Shown: positions 10,586-21,697, numbered from the stretch's first letter. The stretch is 64,000 nucleotides of DNA from an uncultured Desulfatitalea sp. (GCA_963668675.2 CAXXMB010000001.1:352001-416000); one strand, 5' to 3'. Numbers and translations are program-made. The notes: generated by a model from the sequence alone, not told the origin.

Positions 10586-12070
10586 ATGGAGAATATCTTA
10601 TCCATCACACCCGTCCCTTTCCTTTCTGGTATCTTGTGGTTGGTTCTATTACTCATGGCGATGTATTTTGCGCGGAAGCCTTTTCACCGTTCAATGGCCT
10701 CGTTCGGTAGAATCCTCTACAACGCTATGCGTCTGGCCGCAACTTCTGTTAAACTTGCAGAAAAGAGGTTGCAGGTTCGAAATCAGGAGGTCTTGATGGC
10801 TTCCGGACTTGAGCAGGCAGAGAGAAAAGTGGAACGCGAATTCGATCGCATCAGTGACGCGGTACGCCGGGATCTGGAGGGATATCCCAAAGTGCAGCGC
10901 ATGCTTTCTGAAGACCTGCTCAAGCTCGAAGAGGATTACGAGAAGAGCGCGGAGATCCCCCAGTCACTGCCCGACTGGGTCAAGGTTATCGATGCCATCG
11001 CTAACATCAAGCCAACCGGCGATCGTATGGTGGTCAATATGCTCGAAGAGATTCACCAGACACTCAACGAACAGCATAAGGCTGCCGTGGAGAGGCATCG
11101 TCGGGATGTGGCGGAACGGCACACCGTTCTAAGCCGCATGTTGCCGTTTTGGCGTAGTGTTAAAAAGACCCTTGGAGGGGTAGAGAAATCGATCTCCAAT
11201 CTCAATCTGCGATCGAAAAAGATCGATCGTTACATGGACAACTATGAGAAGACCCTAAATCAGAGCGACACAGCCGAACGCCAGCTCTCCTCTTCTTCGC
11301 TGACCCAGTTTTTTATTTCAGGTGTGGTTTTGGCCATAGCAGTGGTCGGCGCCATGATCAATTTCAACCTCGTCGCTCTGCCCATGTCGGAAATGGTCGG
11401 CGGTAACAGCTATATTGGAAGCTTCAGAACATCCGATGTGGCTGGCATGTTTATCGTCTCCCTGGAGATCGTGCTGGGGTTTTTCGTCATGGATGCACTG
11501 CGTATCACCCGACTCTTCTCTATCATTGGTAGCATGGAGGACAACAAGCGCAAGACGATCTTTTGGATCCTCTTCATTTTTCTCTTTATCCTGGCGTGTG
11601 TCGAATCATCACTGGCCTTTATGCGCGACAGAATTGCAGCGGATATGGAGGCGCTTCGGCAGTCATTGGCCGGAATTGACAGCTCCGAGATGGTAACCAG
11701 CAACATCCCCACTTACGGCCAGATGATCATGGGATTCATTTTACCTTTTATTCTGACGTTCGTAGCCATCCCCTTCGAATCTTTTGTCTCTTCTTCCCGA
11801 ACGGTGCTCGGACTTGTCGCTGCTTTCATCTTACGGTTGCTGGCTTTCATTCTGCGGCTAGTGGGAAATTTGTGCTATTACCTCTCAAGATTGATCGTCA
11901 ATATTTACGATCTTGCCATTGTTCCCGCACTTTGGCTCGAGGGGGTTATCGTCCAAGCGCGAGCAGGCGGTAAAAAGGAGAAGGGCGAAAAGGAGCAGTT
12001 TGACGAAGAATCCGACGCGGGTCGCCGGCGGTTGGAGAGCAGCGCCCATCAGAAGGAGGCCACTGAATGA
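10586..12070 (+). CDS. Hypothetical membrane protein (N-terminal TM, long coiled coil, multi-TM C-terminus)
   Basis: Long ORF; GGAGG SD before ATG 10586; ATGA overlap with the next gene. Confidence 0.8.
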   Translation: MENILSITPVPFLSGILWLVLLLMAMYFARKPFHRSMASFGRILYNAMRLAATSVKLAEKRLQVRNQEVLMASGLEQAERKVEREFDRISDAVRRDLEGYPKVQRMLSEDLLKLEEDYEKSAEIPQSLPDWVKVIDAIANIKPTGDRMVVNMLEEIHQTLNEQHKAAVERHRRDVAERHTVLSRMLPFWRSVKKTLGGVEKSISNLNLRSKKIDRYMDNYEKTLNQSDTAERQLSSSSLTQFFISGVVLAIAVVGAMINFNLVALPMSEMVGGNSYIGSFRTSDVAGMFIVSLEIVLGFFVMDALRITRLFSIIGSMEDNKRKTIFWILFIFLFILACVESSLAFMRDRIAADMEALRQSLAGIDSSEMVTSNIPTYGQMIMGFILPFILTFVAIPFESFVSSSRTVLGLVAAFILRLLAFILRLVGNLCYYLSRLIVNIYDLAIVPALWLEGVIVQARAGGKKEKGEKEQFDEESDAGRRRLESSAHQKEATE

Positions 12071-12717
12071 AATTTAGGCATTTGCTCCTGATCTTCATCG
12101 GTATCATCGTAGTGGCAAGTTGTTCGGATGGCGCCAACCGAAGCAAAGGCGTCTATATGCTGCTGGACACTTCCGGTACCTATGCCATAGAGTTGAAGAA
12201 GGCCCAGTCGATTATCAACTTTCTGTTGGGTACGTTACAGCCGGGAGACACACTGGCCGTGGGGAGAATCGATACCGGCAGTTTCAGTGAAAAAGATATT
12301 GTCGCCAAAGTACGCTTCGATCCCCGACCGTCTGTGGCCAATAACCAGAAACGCTCTTTCCACCAAACCATCGACGAATTTGTGGCCAACGTCAATGGCA
12401 GCAGCTACACGGATATCTCGGGCGGTCTGTTGCAGGCCATAGAGTATTTGAATGAATCGGGTGCCGGGCAGAAGTATATCTTGATCTTTTCGGATCTGAA
12501 GGAAGAGCTGGCAAAGGGACATGTGCGTGACGTCCCATTTCAGTTGGCCGGTTTTAACATCATCGCATTGAATGTCACCAAACTGAGGGACGACATCAGA
12601 GATCCGAAAAACTACATGGTTCGGGTGGAACAGTGGCGTGAAAAGACGGAGAAGGGCGGTGGAAACTGGCGCGTCATAAATGACCTGGAGCGCTTGGAAA
12701 ACCTTTTCCAACACTGA
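12067..12717 (+). CDS. VWA (MIDAS)-domain lipoprotein
   Basis: Lipobox VASC; LLDTSGT, TDISGGL, ILIFSD. Confidence 0.8.
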   Translation: MKFRHLLLIFIGIIVVASCSDGANRSKGVYMLLDTSGTYAIELKKAQSIINFLLGTLQPGDTLAVGRIDTGSFSEKDIVAKVRFDPRPSVANNQKRSFHQTIDEFVANVNGSSYTDISGGLLQAIEYLNESGAGQKYILIFSDLKEELAKGHVRDVPFQLAGFNIIALNVTKLRDDIRDPKNYMVRVEQWREKTEKGGGNWRVINDLERLENLFQH

Positions 12718-12749
12718 ACATATTCAATCGGAAACAGTGATACTGCAGC

Positions 12750-12798
12750 CGGGGCAGGGGGAATAGAATCGTATCCCCCCGCCCCGTTTTATTTTTTT
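12750..12798. terminator. Intrinsic terminator between convergent genes
   Basis: CGGGGCAGGGGGAATA..TATCCCCCCGCCCCG followed by TTTTATTTTTTT. Confidence 0.65.
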
Positions 12799-14117
12799 CC
12801 CCCGCTGGCATAGTTGCCAATCACCTTGCCTTCAGGCGTAATTTCAGTGATCCGGATCATGACCACTTCATTCTCCTGCACATCGTCTTCAGCAACGGCC
12901 ACCGGCACATAATTGTCGCTCAATCCGGCGGCAAGACCGGACACCGGTTCGGTAGCCGTTTCGGTAAGCACCGCGACCTGCTGATCGATCATCGAACGGA
13001 AAAAAGCGGCACGCTTTTCTTCACTTAGCGCTCTCAGTTCCCGGCACCTTTCCTTGGCGACACGCTCGGGTACTTTGGGCGTGTAGGAAGCCGCTGGCGT
13101 TCCTTTGCGCGGTGAGTAGGGAAAGACATGCAGGTAGCTGATCGGAAGCGCATCAAGGAGTCGATACGTCCTGGAGAATGCTGCCTCGCTCTCGCCAGGG
13201 AATCCAGCCATGACGTCTATTCCTATAGCTGCACCTGGTATGCGCTTGTGGATGGTCTGAATTGTCCGGGCGAACCGCTCTGATGTATAGGGCCTTCCCA
13301 TGCGGCGCAGGGTTTCGTCGTCACCGCTTTGCAGCGGGATGTGGAAGTGGCGGCATATCCTTCCCTGGAATTGAAATGCCAAGTCTATCAGGCGATCATC
13401 AATTTCGGTGGGCTCTATGGAGCTGAGTCGGATACGATCGATGGCGGTCTCTTTCAGCATCTTTTCGACAATAGCGGCCAGGGAGGTGCCGGGGCTCAAA
13501 TCTTCGCCATATGCACCCAGGTGGATACCCGTGAGAACCACCTCCTTGATCTGCTCCTTGACGAGCCGATGCACGTGTTCGATGACATCATCGGTCGGCA
13601 TGCTTCGGCTGCTTCCGCGCGCGTAGGGAACGATGCAGTAGGTGCAGCGGGTGTTGCAGCCGTCCTGTATTTTGAGAAAGGCGCGTGTGCGACTTTCGAA
13701 GGCCACCGATGGCATCGATGAAAATTCACAGGGTTGACCAATTCCGCGTCGTACGACCCGCGCGCTTTGGCTGCTGCTACCGGTCTCGGCCAACATTCTG
13801 GCAATGCCCAGCTTGTCGTGGTGGCCGACAATCAGATCGATGCCTTCAATGGCCTGAATCTCCTTTGGTGCCGTCTGGGCGTAGCAACCGGTGACGACAA
13901 TTTGAGCTGCGGGGTGGTTACGGATGGCCTGACGGATCGCTTGGCGGGACTGCATGGCCGCCTTGCCGGTCACCGTGCAGGTGTTGATGATGACGACACT
14001 GGCACTTTCGCCTTTCCCGCTGCGCGAGTAGCCCTCGGCTTCGATGAGATGGCCCAGTGCGGCAGATTCGCACTGGTTGACCTTGCATCCCAATGTGATG
14101 GTTTTGTAGGATTTCAT
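12789..14117 (-). CDS. mtaB: tRNA t6A37 methylthiotransferase (radical SAM)
   Basis: TLGCKVNQ, INTCTVT, VTGCYAQ, LKIQDGCNTRCTYC, HIPLQSG. Confidence 0.93.
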   Translation of the reverse strand: MKSYKTITLGCKVNQCESAALGHLIEAEGYSRSGKGESASVVIINTCTVTGKAAMQSRQAIRQAIRNHPAAQIVVTGCYAQTAPKEIQAIEGIDLIVGHHDKLGIARMLAETGSSSQSARVVRRGIGQPCEFSSMPSVAFESRTRAFLKIQDGCNTRCTYCIVPYARGSSRSMPTDDVIEHVHRLVKEQIKEVVLTGIHLGAYGEDLSPGTSLAAIVEKMLKETAIDRIRLSSIEPTEIDDRLIDLAFQFQGRICRHFHIPLQSGDDETLRRMGRPYTSERFARTIQTIHKRIPGAAIGIDVMAGFPGESEAAFSRTYRLLDALPISYLHVFPYSPRKGTPAASYTPKVPERVAKERCRELRALSEEKRAAFFRSMIDQQVAVLTETATEPVSGLAAGLSDNYVPVAVAEDDVQENEVVMIRITEITPEGKVIGNYASGGKK

Positions 14118-15199
14118 TCGATCCACCCCCCGCCCAGCACCTCTTCGCCTTGATAGAAGACCGCTCCCTGACCCGGTGTAACCGCAGGTTCAGGTGTTTC
14201 AAACGAGATTTCGGCGCGGCTGCCCCCTATCGGTGTGAGAGTGGCGGCCACGGCGCTGTGTCGATAGCGTACCTTGACATTTATCGCAATGGGAACTGTC
14301 GGCGGCGGGGCAATCCAGTTGATCCGGTCAACAAGGCAACTCCCCTTGTACAGCTCATCTTTGCTTCCGATGACCAGGCAGTTTCGAGATGGGTCGAGCC
14401 GAACGACATAATAGGGTTCGGCTGCCGGACAGTTGATGCCCCGCCTTTGTCCGATTGTGAATCGATGCAGCCCTTTATGTTGCCCTACTGTCTGGCCCCG
14501 GGTATTTTCAATGGGACCGGCGCTGAAAGAGAAGCCGGGTTGATGTATTAAAAAGTCGGCGTAGTTTCGGTCCTTTATAAAGCAGACATCCTGGCTCTCC
14601 TGTATGGTTACCGGAGAAAGGCCCTTCGCTTGTGCGACACGCCGCGTCTGCGCTTTGGTCATGGTTCCCAAGGGCAGCACGGCGGATGCCAGTTGGTCCT
14701 GGGTCAGGCGGGACAGAAAATAGGATTGCTCCTTCTTCTTGTCGATGCCGCGCAACAGCCGTATACGGCCAGCGTCTGATGTGTCGATGCGGGCGTAGTG
14801 GCCAGTGGCAATCCGGGAAGCCCCAAACACCTTCGCTTTTGAAAGCAGTATGCCGAATTTGATTGTTGGATTGCAGATCAGACACGGATTCGGGGTTTTG
14901 CCGCTGGCGTAGGTACCGACAAAGTAGTTGACGACCTGGCTTTGAAAATCGGCGCGCAGGTCGATGATGTGGACTGGAATGCCGAGCTGGTGTGACAGAA
15001 TATCCATTGTTCTGCGTGCAGGCGTGTCGGCGTCGTCCACGGCTGAATCCGAAGGAGCTGAGCCGGAAGAGGATGGGTTGGTTTCATACCCGGTAACGAA
15101 GTGCAGCCCGATCAGACGATGCCCCTGTTCTTTCAAAAGGGCGGCCGCGACCAGGGAGTCCACGCCACCGCTCAGTGCAATGGCAAGCGAAGATTTCAT
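14114..15199 (-). CDS. mnmA: tRNA 2-thiouridylase
   Basis: SGGVDS, TPNPCLICN, ATGHYA, QSYFL, ESQDVCF, TIGQRRG, PGQGAVFY. Confidence 0.96.
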   Translation of the reverse strand: MKSSLAIALSGGVDSLVAAALLKEQGHRLIGLHFVTGYETNPSSSGSAPSDSAVDDADTPARRTMDILSHQLGIPVHIIDLRADFQSQVVNYFVGTYASGKTPNPCLICNPTIKFGILLSKAKVFGASRIATGHYARIDTSDAGRIRLLRGIDKKKEQSYFLSRLTQDQLASAVLPLGTMTKAQTRRVAQAKGLSPVTIQESQDVCFIKDRNYADFLIHQPGFSFSAGPIENTRGQTVGQHKGLHRFTIGQRRGINCPAAEPYYVVRLDPSRNCLVIGSKDELYKGSCLVDRINWIAPPPTVPIAINVKVRYRHSAVAATLTPIGGSRAEISFETPEPAVTPGQGAVFYQGEEVLGGGWIE

Positions 15200-15325
15200 T
15201 TGATTGACTTCTTGGGACGCCTTTTGTACATCAACACCCTGTGATTTTTTAATTTATGGTAACATCAGGCCCAAAAACAGAGTGCAATCTAAAGGCAACC
15301 CCCAATCCTGTCAATACCATAGCTT

Positions 15326-17542
15326 ATGAACCCATTTGCTTTCAGAACCACCAGTCTGGTGTTTAAATCCCTGGCCAACCTTTCCAAGGCAAAGGTGAAC
15401 CTGCACGGGACGGAGAACATTCCCGAAGGCGCGAAGATCTTTGTGATCAACCACTTCACCCGCCTCGAAACCTTGCTGATGCCCTACTATTTGCACAAAT
15501 TGATGAAATCACCTGTCTGGTCACTGGCAGCGGCGGAATTTTTCAGTGGGGCGGTCGGACGGTTTCTGGAATCGGTTGGCGCCGTCTCCACCAGCGACCC
15601 CGATCGCGACCGTCTGATCATCAAAACCCTGCTGGCCGATGAGGCGAGCTGGATCATCTTCCCCGAAGGTCGGATGGTCAAAAACAAAAAGATCATCGAG
15701 AGGGGGCGCTACATGGTCTCCTACGCCGGGGGCAAACACCCTCCCCACACCGGGGCCGCCCACCTTGCCTTGAGAACCGAGTTTTACCGTCAGCGCTTTA
15801 AGTGGCTGGGTGCTCATGGCACCGGAGAGGCCGAAAGGCTGCTGCCCCTGTTCAATATCGACACTCTCTCAGATGTGAGCAGCCGGGGCACCTCTATCGT
15901 TCCGGTCAATTTGACCTACTACCCGCTACGGGCCAAGGAGAACATTCTAAAAAAAATTGCCGAGCGGTTGGTTGAAGACCTGCCTGAAAAACTGATCGAA
16001 GAGCTGATGACGGAAGGAGCCATGCTGACCTCAGGCGTGGATATCGATATCCGTTTTGGCGACCCGATTGAAGTGGCACCCTACCTTCAGCAAAAAGCGA
16101 TCCTGGCGGACATACAAAAACCGGAATCGTTCGGTTTCGATGACCCCCTGCCGTGCATCTCCTGCCTTCGAAAAGCGGCTCTCAAGATCATGAAGCGCTA
16201 TATGGGTGCCATCTACAGCATGACCACTGTCAACCACGACCACATTTTTGCATCGATTTTAAAAAAGAGCGTCCGTAATCGACTGCGACTGGACCACTTT
16301 TGCAGGCGGGCCTTTTTGGCCATTCACGATGAGACATCCCAAACGCCAATCTATTTGCATACCAGTATCGAAGAGCGTCAGAACCATCTGCTGGTCGATG
16401 ACCGCTACAGTAAGCTGGAGGACTTTCTGGCCGTTGCCGAGCAGAGCAAGGTTATCCGGCGGGAACCTCCATTCATCTTACGCGACAGGCGCAAACTGCG
16501 CTCCGTCTTCGATTTCCATCGTGCCCGTATCGACAATCCTGTGGCGGTCATGGCCAATGAGATCGAACCGTTGAATGCACTGCAGCGGAAAATTTCACGG
16601 CTCTGCTGGACACCGGGGGCACTTTTGCGCAGACGGATCGCCCGGATGATGCAGCAACGTGCCGAGCGTGAGTTTGAAGAGGACTACCAGCGCTTCTTCA
16701 TCCAGGGCGAATCCAAACCCATGGAGATCGGCCGGCCCCTGCTGCTGCGCGGCAACCGAAGCCGTTCGGGGATTGTGCTGTGCCACGGCTACATGGCCGC
16801 ACCGGCCGAGGTCGAAGCGCTGGGGCGCTATCTGGCCAAAAGGGGGTACTGGGTCTACATGCCGCGCCTCAAGGGGCATGGTACCTCTCCGGAGGATCTG
16901 GCGCGCTGTTCATACCAGGACTGGATCCGATCTCTCGAAGAGGGCTATATCTTGATTCGAAACCTGTGCGGGCGTGTGGTCGTCGGGGGCTTCTCTACCG
17001 GTGCCGGTTTGGCACTGGAACTGGCAAGCCGGGTGAAGGACATCTCCGGTGTGTTTGCGATCTCGACGCCGCTGCGGCTCCAGTACGCCGCCTCGCGGCT
17101 TGCCCCGATGGTGGACAGCTGGAACCGTTTGATGGACCGCGTCCGCTGGGAGGACTACAAGAAGGAGTTCGTGGAGAATCGGCCGGAAAACCCGAATATC
17201 AACTACTTTCGGAATCCCATTGCCGGAGTCCGGGAACTCGAACGGTTGATGGATACCTTGGAGCCCAGACTGGAAGAGATAAAGATCCCTGCACTGGTTG
17301 CCCAGTCCCAGAAAGACCCGGTGGTTCACCCCAAAGGGTCGGAGCGCATCTTTCAGATGCTCGGATCGGTGGATAAACAGTACATGGCCTTCAATTTCGA
17401 TCGGCACGGCATACTGCTCGGGGAGGGATCTGAGCGCGTCCATCGCGTGATCGCCGACTTCGTTGATCAACTCTTCACCGCAACCGCTGCCGTCCCAAAG
17501 CAGCCGAAACCTTTGAATGACAAGGATTTTCCCAACGAATGA
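15326..17542 (+). CDS. Acyltransferase (PlsB/PlsC-like) - alpha/beta carboxylesterase fusion
   Basis: NHFTRLE, IFPEG; C-terminal LCHG, LKGHG, GFSTG, KDPVV, RHGIL. Confidence 0.8.
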   Translation: MNPFAFRTTSLVFKSLANLSKAKVNLHGTENIPEGAKIFVINHFTRLETLLMPYYLHKLMKSPVWSLAAAEFFSGAVGRFLESVGAVSTSDPDRDRLIIKTLLADEASWIIFPEGRMVKNKKIIERGRYMVSYAGGKHPPHTGAAHLALRTEFYRQRFKWLGAHGTGEAERLLPLFNIDTLSDVSSRGTSIVPVNLTYYPLRAKENILKKIAERLVEDLPEKLIEELMTEGAMLTSGVDIDIRFGDPIEVAPYLQQKAILADIQKPESFGFDDPLPCISCLRKAALKIMKRYMGAIYSMTTVNHDHIFASILKKSVRNRLRLDHFCRRAFLAIHDETSQTPIYLHTSIEERQNHLLVDDRYSKLEDFLAVAEQSKVIRREPPFILRDRRKLRSVFDFHRARIDNPVAVMANEIEPLNALQRKISRLCWTPGALLRRRIARMMQQRAEREFEEDYQRFFIQGESKPMEIGRPLLLRGNRSRSGIVLCHGYMAAPAEVEALGRYLAKRGYWVYMPRLKGHGTSPEDLARCSYQDWIRSLEEGYILIRNLCGRVVVGGFSTGAGLALELASRVKDISGVFAISTPLRLQYAASRLAPMVDSWNRLMDRVRWEDYKKEFVENRPENPNINYFRNPIAGVRELERLMDTLEPRLEEIKIPALVAQSQKDPVVHPKGSERIFQMLGSVDKQYMAFNFDRHGILLGEGSERVHRVIADFVDQLFTATAAVPKQPKPLNDKDFPNE

Positions 17543-18786
17543 ACGGTCTGGGCCTTCTGATTCTGACCGCCCTCGTGGTGAATACAGCTCTTTCGCTGCT
17601 GGCGGATATTCTAAACCTCACGTCCTTGAGTCCTGTTTTGCCCAAGGCCTTCGACGGTTGGTACGAACCCAGTGAGTATGCACGCTCCCAGTCCTATCTG
17701 CGGGTCAACACCCGTTTCGGCTGGGTGGTCTCGTTATTCGATCTTTCCGTATTGCTGATTTTCTGGTTCGGTGGTGGATTCGCATGGCTTGATGAGTGGG
17801 TGCGCGGGTTCGGCTACGCCACCTTGCCCAGCGGCCTCTTTTATATCGGCGTCCTGGTTGCCCTCAAGACGGTACTGGATCTTCCTTTCGGACTCTTTGC
17901 CACCTTCGTTATCGAAGCGCGCTTCGGATTCAACAAAACCACATGGCAGACCTGGCTCCTGGACAAACTCAAGGCCCTGTTGCTCGGGCTTCTGATCGGT
18001 GTGCCGCTGCTGACGGTGGTGCTGCTTTTCTTTATGCATGCGGGCGGCAACGCATGGTGGTACTGCTGGCTGGTCACAGTGGGTGTGATGCTGTTGATGC
18101 ATTACGTGGCGCCCACCTGGATCATGCCGCTTTTCAACCGTTTCAATCCCTTGCCAGAGGGGGAGCTGCGCACGGCGATCACCACCTATGCAGAGAGCAT
18201 CGGGTTTCGGCTCGATAACATATTCGTCATGGACGGGTCAAAACGCAGTTCAAAAGCAAATGCCTTTTTTACCGGTTTTGGGAAGTATCGCCGGATCGTG
18301 CTTTACGATACCCTTATCGAGAAGCACTCGGTGGGGGAGTTAGTGGCGGTGCTGGCTCACGAGATGGGCCATTTCAAGCAGCGGCATATCCTCAAGATGA
18401 TGCTTATCGGAATCGCACAGGCGGGAGTGATGTTTTATGTCCTCTCCCTTTTTATTTCCTATCCGGGGCTGTTTCACGCCTTTTATGTGCAGGATGTGTC
18501 GGTCTATGTCGGCCTGGTGCTGTTCGGGCTGCTCTATGCTCCCCTGGACATGGTGATGGGAATCATCGTGCAGCAGTTGTCGCGGCGGCACGAATATGAG
18601 GCCGATCGTTTTGCCGTGGATACGGGGCCCAACAGGGGCAGGGCGTTGGCCACCGCCCTCAAAAGGCTCTCCGTGGACAGCCTGGCCAATTTGCAGCCCC
18701 ATCCCTTTTTTGTTTTTCTGAACTACTCTCACCCGCCGGTGCTCGAACGTATTCGGGCGATCGGTGCAGCTAGTTCCCCCGAATGA
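17539..18786 (+). CDS. M48 (Ste24-like) membrane metallopeptidase
   Basis: DGSKRSSKANAFFTG, AHEMGH, EYEAD, YSHPP. Confidence 0.93.
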   Translation: MNGLGLLILTALVVNTALSLLADILNLTSLSPVLPKAFDGWYEPSEYARSQSYLRVNTRFGWVVSLFDLSVLLIFWFGGGFAWLDEWVRGFGYATLPSGLFYIGVLVALKTVLDLPFGLFATFVIEARFGFNKTTWQTWLLDKLKALLLGLLIGVPLLTVVLLFFMHAGGNAWWYCWLVTVGVMLLMHYVAPTWIMPLFNRFNPLPEGELRTAITTYAESIGFRLDNIFVMDGSKRSSKANAFFTGFGKYRRIVLYDTLIEKHSVGELVAVLAHEMGHFKQRHILKMMLIGIAQAGVMFYVLSLFISYPGLFHAFYVQDVSVYVGLVLFGLLYAPLDMVMGIIVQQLSRRHEYEADRFAVDTGPNRGRALATALKRLSVDSLANLQPHPFFVFLNYSHPPVLERIRAIGAASSPE

Positions 18787-19474
18787 GCATGCTGGCCGGA
18801 TCCAGCACCAGTGGCGGCTGGGCTTCCGAGAGCGAGCAGCCCTTGAGGGCGGTGACATGCACCGTATCCTCTTTCGGCTGCAGGGCGATGGCTACGTCGA
18901 ATAGGTCCTGAACCGGGGAGAGCTGAACGGGCAGTCCGTCTTGGGCGGGGGCCTCATGACGGTGGGTGGTGATGGTAAACCATATGGGCAGATTCAATCG
19001 AATGGCAAGCGCCTTGAGATTACTGAGCACTTCGGTCTGCTCCTGATCGAACGGCTGGCCGTCTATCAGGAGAACATCGGGGCTGAAGATCTTCTGGAGG
19101 GTTAAATCGGTCAGTCGCTCTTCCAGCTTGGGGGCGCTGAACCCTTCCACCTGGAAGGTCATGATAAAACGATGTGGAACGATGGTGTCCCACAGCTGAT
19201 CCAGATGGGTGACCTGGTACTGCTGGGCCAAACATCCCAGAACCTCCTGGTACCAGAGGTTCACCTTGCCGACCGGCTCGTTCAGACTGATGTGCAGCAC
19301 ATTTTTGTTGCGCAACATGGTGTTGAGGGCAATCTGTACGATCAGGGCGGTTTTGCCGACACCGGCCCGCGCCAGAACGGCCCCGAACTGGCCAGGCCCC
19401 AGGATATCGTCGTTCTCATGACCCAGAAGCCTCAGTGGATTGCGCAGAATAAGATCTTGTTTCAGCATGGTCAT
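18770..19474 (-). CDS. Small RecA/KaiC-like P-loop protein
   Basis: ARAGVGKT Walker A, VLHISL, LLIDG; AAGGAG SD before ATG 19474. Confidence 0.7.
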   Translation of the reverse strand: MTMLKQDLILRNPLRLLGHENDDILGPGQFGAVLARAGVGKTALIVQIALNTMLRNKNVLHISLNEPVGKVNLWYQEVLGCLAQQYQVTHLDQLWDTIVPHRFIMTFQVEGFSAPKLEERLTDLTLQKIFSPDVLLIDGQPFDQEQTEVLSNLKALAIRLNLPIWFTITTHRHEAPAQDGLPVQLSPVQDLFDVAIALQPKEDTVHVTALKGCSLSEAQPPLVLDPASMLIRGN

Positions 19475-19612
19475 GCTCCTTTCCTTTAAACGGATCACCT
19501 GGCCGGCGTCAGATCTCTTTTGAAACGACAGGGTCGGAACCCAATGCCGGGCATCGCGACCTGTCGGGATCGCCTCCGATTCCATTTCCGACATATCAAA
19601 GCTTCTTCTGTA

Positions 19613-21697
19613 TTACGCTACGTTCTTCTTCTCGGTGGCCTTTTTGGCAATCTCTTCGGCGATCGATTGCGGCACCTGCCTGTAGACAGCGAATTCCATC
19701 GTAAATTGCGCCTTGCCCTGCGTCAGGGATCTTAACACCGTCGAGTAGCCGAACATCTCGGCAAGCGGCACCTGGGCCTCGATGGCACACATCACCCCTT
19801 CATCCTGGGTGCCGACGATCATGCCGCGGCGCTGGTTCAATGAGCCCATGGCCTGGCCCTGATACTCGGTGGGGGTCTCGACCACCACCTTCATGATCGG
19901 CTCCTGGATCACCGGTTTGGCCTTGGGGTATGCCTGCAGGAACCCGCCCCGGGCTGCCGCCTGAAAAGCCATCTCCGAAGAGTCCACGCTGTGGGATGCA
20001 CCATCGTTGAGAACCACGCGGATGCCGGTCACCGGAAATTCAAGTCTAGGGCCTTTGGCCATGCAACCCTTGAATCCCTTTTCGCATGCCGGAATAAATT
20101 GCGTGGGGACGTTGCCTCCGGTCACCTTGTTTTCGAAGATGAAATCGTCTTCGCTGCAGGGTTCGATATAGCCAGCCACACGTCCGTACTGTCCGGAACC
20201 GCCGGTCTGTTTCTTATGTATATAGTCGAACTCAGCCATCTGCGTAATCGTTTCACGATAGGCCACCTGGGGCGCTCCGGTGGTCACCTCGGCGCTATAT
20301 TCCCGGCGCATGCGCTCGATGTAAACCTCCAGGTGCAACTCGCCCATTCCTGAAATGATGGTCTCCCCGGTCTCTTCATTCACGTATGTTTTAAAGGTGG
20401 GATCCTCTTTGTTAAACCGGTTCAACGCTTTGGACATATTGATTTCGGCTTTATGATCTTTGGGGGCGATGGCCAGGGAGATGACCGGTTCGGGCACGTA
20501 CATGGAGGTCATGGTCAGGTGGACATCCGGGGAGACGAACGTATCACCCGACGCGCAGTCGATACCGAACAGGGCGCCGATGAAACCGGCCCGCAACTCG
20601 GGGATATCCTCCATCTGATTCGCATGCATCCTTACCAGTCGGCCGACCTTGATCTTTTTGCCGGTGCGGACATTGACAACCGTATCGCCCTTTGCCAGTT
20701 TGCCTTGATAGACGCGGATATAGGTCAACTGGCCATATTGGCCGTCTTCAAGCTTAAACGCAAGAGAAACGGTAGGCAGTTTGGAATCGGTTTTCAATAT
20801 GACCGGCGCTTCGTCAGCATTTAGATCCAGGGCCTCGTTGGTTACATCCTCGGGGCAGGGGAGCAGATGGACGACCGCGTCGAGCAGAGGCTGGATGCCA
20901 CGGTTCTTATATGCCGATCCCATGAAAACCGGGGTCAGCTTGCGCAGCAGCACGCCGTTGCGAACCGCATCCAATAGAAGCTCCGCTGAAACCGGCTGCT
21001 CTTCCAGAACAGCTTCAGTCAGATCATCGGAGAACATGGTGGCCGCGTCGATGAGCGTTTCCCGCCTCTGGTCGGCCTCCTCCTGCAGTTCTGCAGGGAT
21101 ATCCTTTTCGACCACATTTTCTCCGTTTTCACCTTCAAAGTAGAGGGCTTTCATGGTCACCAGGTCGATGACTCCCTCATGCTTGGCTTCCAAGCCAATG
21201 GGAATCTGCATGGCAATGGCATTGTGACCGAGTTTGGTGCTGAGCTGCTCGATCACCCTGAACGGGTTGGCGCCGCTGCGGTCGCATTTATTGACAAATG
21301 CGATGCACGGAACGTTGTAGCGCTTCATCTGTTGATCGACGGTGATGGATTGGGATTGAACGCCTCCCACCGAGCACAGGACCAGGATTGCGCCGTCGAG
21401 CACCCGTAGCGAGCGCTCCACCTCAATGGTGAAGTCCACATGGCCCGGCGTGTCGATGATGTTGATTTCATTCTTCTTCCATTGGCAGAAGGTGGCCGCC
21501 GAGGCGATTGTGATGCCGCGCTCCTTTTCGAGCTCCATCGAATCCATGGTGGCGCCGACGCCATCCTTGCCCTTGACATCATGGATGGCATGAATGCGCT
21601 GGGTATAAAAAAGGATGCGCTCGGTCAGCGTGGTTTTGCCGGAATCGATGTGGGCACTGATGCCGATGTTACGAACGGATTGGGTGCTGGTGTTCAT
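19613..21697 (-). CDS. fusA: Elongation factor G (stand-alone, EF-G1-like)
   Basis: [51 protein letters not shown]. Confidence 0.97.
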   Translation of the reverse strand: MNTSTQSVRNIGISAHIDSGKTTLTERILFYTQRIHAIHDVKGKDGVGATMDSMELEKERGITIASAATFCQWKKNEINIIDTPGHVDFTIEVERSLRVLDGAILVLCSVGGVQSQSITVDQQMKRYNVPCIAFVNKCDRSGANPFRVIEQLSTKLGHNAIAMQIPIGLEAKHEGVIDLVTMKALYFEGENGENVVEKDIPAELQEEADQRRETLIDAATMFSDDLTEAVLEEQPVSAELLLDAVRNGVLLRKLTPVFMGSAYKNRGIQPLLDAVVHLLPCPEDVTNEALDLNADEAPVILKTDSKLPTVSLAFKLEDGQYGQLTYIRVYQGKLAKGDTVVNVRTGKKIKVGRLVRMHANQMEDIPELRAGFIGALFGIDCASGDTFVSPDVHLTMTSMYVPEPVISLAIAPKDHKAEINMSKALNRFNKEDPTFKTYVNEETGETIISGMGELHLEVYIERMRREYSAEVTTGAPQVAYRETITQMAEFDYIHKKQTGGSGQYGRVAGYIEPCSEDDFIFENKVTGGNVPTQFIPACEKGFKGCMAKGPRLEFPVTGIRVVLNDGASHSVDSSEMAFQAAARGGFLQAYPKAKPVIQEPIMKVVVETPTEYQGQAMGSLNQRRGMIVGTQDEGVMCAIEAQVPLAEMFGYSTVLRSLTQGKAQFTMEFAVYRQVPQSIAEEIAKKATEKKNVA

